The notes beneath the pieces are model-generated. The model ran no database searches. It was not told the DNA's origin and was given only the letters and a program-made list of their open reading frames with translations. A stretch of 64,000 nucleotides of DNA from Candidatus Eiseniibacteriota bacterium (lineage in GTDB: Bacteria; Eisenbacteria; RBG-16-71-46; JABDJR01): NCBI GenBank assembly GCA_963783375.1, contig CAWANH010000029.1, forward strand, positions 544,001 through 608,000, given 5' to 3'. The translations under genes and the position numbers were made by a program. Every line of letters begins with the position of its first letter. The stretch's first letter is position 1. Below, in pieces: positions 60,303 to 64,000 of the stretch.

Positions 60303-62644
60303 CGTAGCGCCTCCCCCAGCGCGCCGCGCCAGCGCGGCTCCAGACGCGCCAGGTCGAGCGCCATGACCGTGTCTCCGTCCCGGGTCACCGTGAGCTCGCG
60401 CCCCCGTTCGACCCGTCCCACCCGTTCCATACCCGCCCCGTGTTCGGCGGCGAGCGCCGTCACCGCGGCCACGTCGTCCTCGGCGATCTCCACCAGGAAC
60501 CCTCCGGTCTCGCTCAGGAGATACTCGTCGAAGCGGAGTCCCCCCGGCCGTTCGGGGAGATCGAGTCGCGCCCCGCACCGGCCGGCCAGGGCCATCTCCG
60601 CCGCCGCCACCACCAGCCCTCCTTCGGAAACGTCGTGGCAGGCCCGGATGAGCCCCCGATCGATGCCCGCCACCACCGCGGCGATCTCGGCCCGCACCGC
60701 GGCGAAGTCCACCCGCGGAGGGGTCCCTCCCGCGATCCCCAGCCGGCGCCAGTAGGCGGATCCCCCCAGCTCCCGTTTCCTCGGACCGATCAGGTGGAGC
60801 ACGTCGCCCTCCTCCTCCAGCGCGGGGGTGATCGCGCGGGAGTAGTCGGCGAGCACGCCGAAACAGGCCACGATGGGCGAGGGCGGGATGGACCGCCCGG
60901 TCGACGACTGGTTGTAGAAGGACACGTTCCCGCTCACGATGGGGACCGGGATCCCTTCCTCCCCCATCATCCCGATCTCCCGCGCCGCGTCCCCCACCCC
61001 GCGTACTCCCTGCACGAACTGTCGGAAGACCTCGGGGTCCTCGGGATTCCCGTAGTTCAGACAGTCGGTGAGGCACCAGGGGACCGCTCCCACTGCGGCC
61101 ACGTTCCGCATGGATTCGGCCACCGCGTTCGCCCCGCCCTGGTAGGGATCGAGGGTGCCGTAGAACGGGTTTCCGTCCACGCTCACCGCCAACCCGGTGG
61201 GGCTTCCCTCCACCGGCACCAGCACCGAGGCGTCGGCCTCGCCGGGTCGGATCACCGCCCGGCCCCCCACCTCGGTGTCGTAGTGGCGGTAGATCGCCTC
61301 GCGGGAGGCCAGGTCGATCCCCCCGAGGAGCGCGCCCACGATCTCCCCCAGGTCGGCGGGAAGAAGCGGTTGGGGATCGGGGGCGAAGGCGGCCGCCGGG
61401 GCCGCCGGCCGCTCGTAGCGGATCCCCTCGGTGATGGTCTCCACCGGCACGGTGCAGACCTCGTCGCCCTCGTGGGTCACCCGGTAGAGGGTGTCCTCGG
61501 CGCGCACCCGGCCCACCACCTGGGCCCGCGCCCCCGGATAGAGGTGGGGAAGCTCGTAGTCCACGTTGTAGATCTGAAGCACCCGCTGGGCCCAGGCCGC
61601 GGGCACCACCCAGGCGTAGCGTTCCTGGGTCTCGGAGCAGGCCAGGACTTCGGGCGGGAAGGGGCCCCCGTCCTGGGCGGCGGCGCCGAGCTCGATGTCC
61701 GCCCCGAATCCTCCCGCCGCGGCAAGCTCGCTGGTGGCGCAGGCGATTCCGCCCGCCCCGAGATCCTTGAATCCCACCGCGAACCCCTCGGCCCGGGCCA
61801 GCTCCAGCACCCGCCGGTTGGCCTCGGTGAGGACGCGCTTCAGGAACGGGTCGGGCACCTGGACCGCTCCCTTGTTGCTCTCCCCTTCGCCCTCGTCCAG
61901 GACCGCCGAGGCGAAGGCCGCGCCGCCGAAGCCCGATGCGTCGGTGGGCTTCCCCGCCAGGACGAACACGTAGGGTTCGTTCCGCGCCGCCTCGGGGACG
62001 CGGCTCCGGACCAGCCACTGCTCCGGCACCACCCCCACCGCCACCACGTTCACCAGGCAGTTCTCCTCGAAACCGGGATCGAAGGCCACGTCGCCCCCGA
62101 GGTTGGCCACCCCGAGCGCGTTGGCGTAGTGCCAGATCCCATCCACCACCCCGGCCGCGATCTCCCGGGATCGTTCCCCGCGCGAACCGAGGGGCACGCC
62201 GAAGCGCAGGGCGTCGAGCACCCCGATCACCTCCGCGCCCATGCAGTAGATGTCGCGGACGATCCCGCCGATCCCGGTGGCCGCCCCCTCGAAGGGGAGA
62301 ACCTGAGACGGATGGTTGTGGCTTTCGTGTCCCACCACCAGCGCCCAGCGCTCCCCCTTGTGGGTGGTGAGGTACACCACCCCGGCGTCTTCGCCGGGAC
62401 CGAGGATGACGTGAGGGGCCTCGGAGGAAAGGAACGCCTTCAGGCTCGCCCGGCTCGACTTGTAGGAGCAGTGCTCGCTCCACAGGGTGTCGAAGAGGAC
62501 CGCCTCCACCCGGGTCGGGTCCCGTCCGATGAGGGCGGCCACCCGGCGCGCCTCGGAGGGGGCCAGGCGCAAGCCCTCGGCGCGGAGAAGGGATCCCAGG
62601 GCGGCTTCCTCGCCGCCGCCGAACGGCACGCTGGGGCTCTTCAC
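60299..62644 (-). CDS. purL: FGAM synthase large subunit (small-type PurL)
   Basis: WSEHCSYKS, ESHNHPS, GAATGIGG, DLGAGG, SETQER, DCLNYGNP, SGNVSFYN. Confidence 0.96.
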   Translation of the reverse strand: MKSPSVPFGGGEEAALGSLLRAEGLRLAPSEARRVAALIGRDPTRVEAVLFDTLWSEHCSYKSSRASLKAFLSSEAPHVILGPGEDAGVVYLTTHKGERWALVVGHESHNHPSQVLPFEGAATGIGGIVRDIYCMGAEVIGVLDALRFGVPLGSRGERSREIAAGVVDGIWHYANALGVANLGGDVAFDPGFEENCLVNVVAVGVVPEQWLVRSRVPEAARNEPYVFVLAGKPTDASGFGGAAFASAVLDEGEGESNKGAVQVPDPFLKRVLTEANRRVLELARAEGFAVGFKDLGAGGIACATSELAAAGGFGADIELGAAAQDGGPFPPEVLACSETQERYAWVVPAAWAQRVLQIYNVDYELPHLYPGARAQVVGRVRAEDTLYRVTHEGDEVCTVPVETITEGIRYERPAAPAAAFAPDPQPLLPADLGEIVGALLGGIDLASREAIYRHYDTEVGGRAVIRPGEADASVLVPVEGSPTGLAVSVDGNPFYGTLDPYQGGANAVAESMRNVAAVGAVPWCLTDCLNYGNPEDPEVFRQFVQGVRGVGDAAREIGMMGEEGIPVPIVSGNVSFYNQSSTGRSIPPSPIVACFGVLADYSRAITPALEEEGDVLHLIGPRKRELGGSAYWRRLGIAGGTPPRVDFAAVRAEIAAVVAGIDRGLIRACHDVSEGGLVVAAAEMALAGRCGARLDLPERPGGLRFDEYLLSETGGFLVEIAEDDVAAVTALAAEHGAGMERVGRVERGRELTVTRDGDTVMALDLARLEPRWRGALGEALR

Positions 62645-63948
62645 GCCTCGCCCTCCTCGAGCACCCGCTCGAAAATCCGGTCCACGTTACGCAGGTTGTA
62701 GTCGAGGTCGAACGCCGCCTCGATCTCCGCGGGGTCGAGCGCCTTGGACACCCGGGCATCCCGCCGCACCCGCTCGCGGAAGGTGGCTCCGCCCTCCTCC
62801 CAGGCGGCCAGGGCGATCTCCTGCACCAGGGCGTAGGCCGCCTCGCGGCGAAGGCCGGCCCGGGTGAGCCCGAGGAGGAGCCGCTGGGAGAACACCAGGC
62901 CGCCGGTCCGTTCGAGGTTCCGCATCATGTTCCCGGGATAGACCACCAACCCCTCCATCACCCGGGTGAAGATCGCGAGCTGGTAGTCCACCAGGATGAA
63001 GGAGTCGGGGAAGATCACCCGTTCCACCGAGGAATGGCTGATGTCCCGCTCGTGCCAGAGGGCCACGTTCTCCAGGGCGGCCACCGCGTTCCCGCGCACC
63101 ACCCGGGCCAGTCCGGACACCCGCTCGCAGACGATCGGGTTCCGCTTGTGGGGCATTGCGCTCGATCCCTTCTGCCCCCTGGTGAACGGCTCCTCCACCT
63201 CCAGGATCTCGGTGCGCTGGAGGCTCCGGATCTCGGTGGCGAACTTCTCCAGGCTGGCCGAGAGGTTGGCCAGGGCGAGGATCATGGCCGCGTGACGATC
63301 GCGCTGGAGGATCTGGGTGGAGACCGGGGCCGGGGTCAGCCCCAGCCGGTGGCAGACGTACTCCTCCACCTGCGGATCGAGGTGGCTGAAGGTCCCCACC
63401 GCGCCGGAGATCTTTCCGGCGGAGATCCCCGCCGCCGCGGCCAGGAGCCGCTCCTCCTGGCGCTGGATCTCCGTGTACCACCCCAGGAGCTTGAGCCCGA
63501 AGGTGGTGGGTTCGGCGTGGATCCCGTGGCTCCGGCCGATCATGGGGGTTCGCCGGTGGGCCATGGCCTGTCGCTTGACCGCCGCGGCGAGCCCTCGGAG
63601 GCCTTCCCGCACCACCATGGCCGCGCGCCGGGTGGTCAGCGCCATCGCGGTGTCCAGGAGATCCGAGGAGGTCATTCCGAAGTGCAGGTGCCGGCTCTCG
63701 TCTCCCAGGTGCTCGGACACCGAGGTGAGGAATGCGATCACGTCGTGCTTCACCACCGCCTCGAGTTCGGCCACGCGGGCCGGGTCGATCACCGCCTTGG
63801 CCCGGATGGCCGCCACCGTTCCTTCGGGGGCGCTTCCGTAACGCTCGAGAGCCTCCACCACCGCCAGCTCCACCTCGAGCCACGTCCGAAGCTTTGCCTC
63901 TTCGGACCACAATCCCGCCATTTCCGGGCGGCTGTAGCGTTCGATCAT
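62641..63948 (-). CDS. purB: Adenylosuccinate lyase
   Basis: [43 protein letters not shown]. Confidence 0.97.
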   Translation of the reverse strand: MIERYSRPEMAGLWSEEAKLRTWLEVELAVVEALERYGSAPEGTVAAIRAKAVIDPARVAELEAVVKHDVIAFLTSVSEHLGDESRHLHFGMTSSDLLDTAMALTTRRAAMVVREGLRGLAAAVKRQAMAHRRTPMIGRSHGIHAEPTTFGLKLLGWYTEIQRQEERLLAAAAGISAGKISGAVGTFSHLDPQVEEYVCHRLGLTPAPVSTQILQRDRHAAMILALANLSASLEKFATEIRSLQRTEILEVEEPFTRGQKGSSAMPHKRNPIVCERVSGLARVVRGNAVAALENVALWHERDISHSSVERVIFPDSFILVDYQLAIFTRVMEGLVVYPGNMMRNLERTGGLVFSQRLLLGLTRAGLRREAAYALVQEIALAAWEEGGATFRERVRRDARVSKALDPAEIEAAFDLDYNLRNVDRIFERVLEEGEA

Positions 63949-64000
63949 TGCGGGTCCTGACCTCCTTGCCGTTCGGTGGGAAGCGGCTCCAGGGTAACCG

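Overview
This is 64 kb of chromosomal DNA from a very GC-rich diderm bacterium. The LpxC-FabZ fusion and the lysS-lolE-lolD-mcsA-mcsB-clpC-bamA gene order suggest the FCB/Gemmatimonadota/candidate-phylum neighbourhood (inference). Most of the window is a minus-strand housekeeping run: purB-purL-purQ-purS-purF, lysS, lolE/lolD, mcsA-mcsB-clpC, bamA-skp-lpxD-lpxC/fabZ-lpxA-gnnA-like-lpxB-DUF374-waaA-lpxK, nadB-Minf_1886 family-hsp20-lon-GT9-orphan-mutL-miaA, DUF512-der-plsY-gpsA-merR, GT2-surE-pcm, acyP-sigma70-apt-ycaQ and the 5' part of thrS. There are five tRNAs (Val-GAC, Arg-CCT, Pro-CGG, Pro-GGG, Gly-CCC). An accessory glycan-modification region at about 3.3-15 kb holds a flippase, GT4, a large GT-C-like membrane protein, a methyltransferase, a GMC oxidoreductase with an SDR epimerase, GT9 and GT87. 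Several genes are split by 1-2 base indels, often in homopolymers and including lpxK, so many are probably sequencing errors. They are strikingly concentrated at 3.3-8.6 kb. Most notable: an arginine-kinase/ClpC module without ctsR embedded in the envelope-biogenesis run, a single-chain tandem PurS, an RpoS-positioned sigma factor that keeps region 1.1, the GMC/SDR/GT-C glycan module, and a Minf_1886-Hsp20-Lon cassette. I saw no CRISPR array, integrase or transposase. All calls come from manual motif reading, not database searches.
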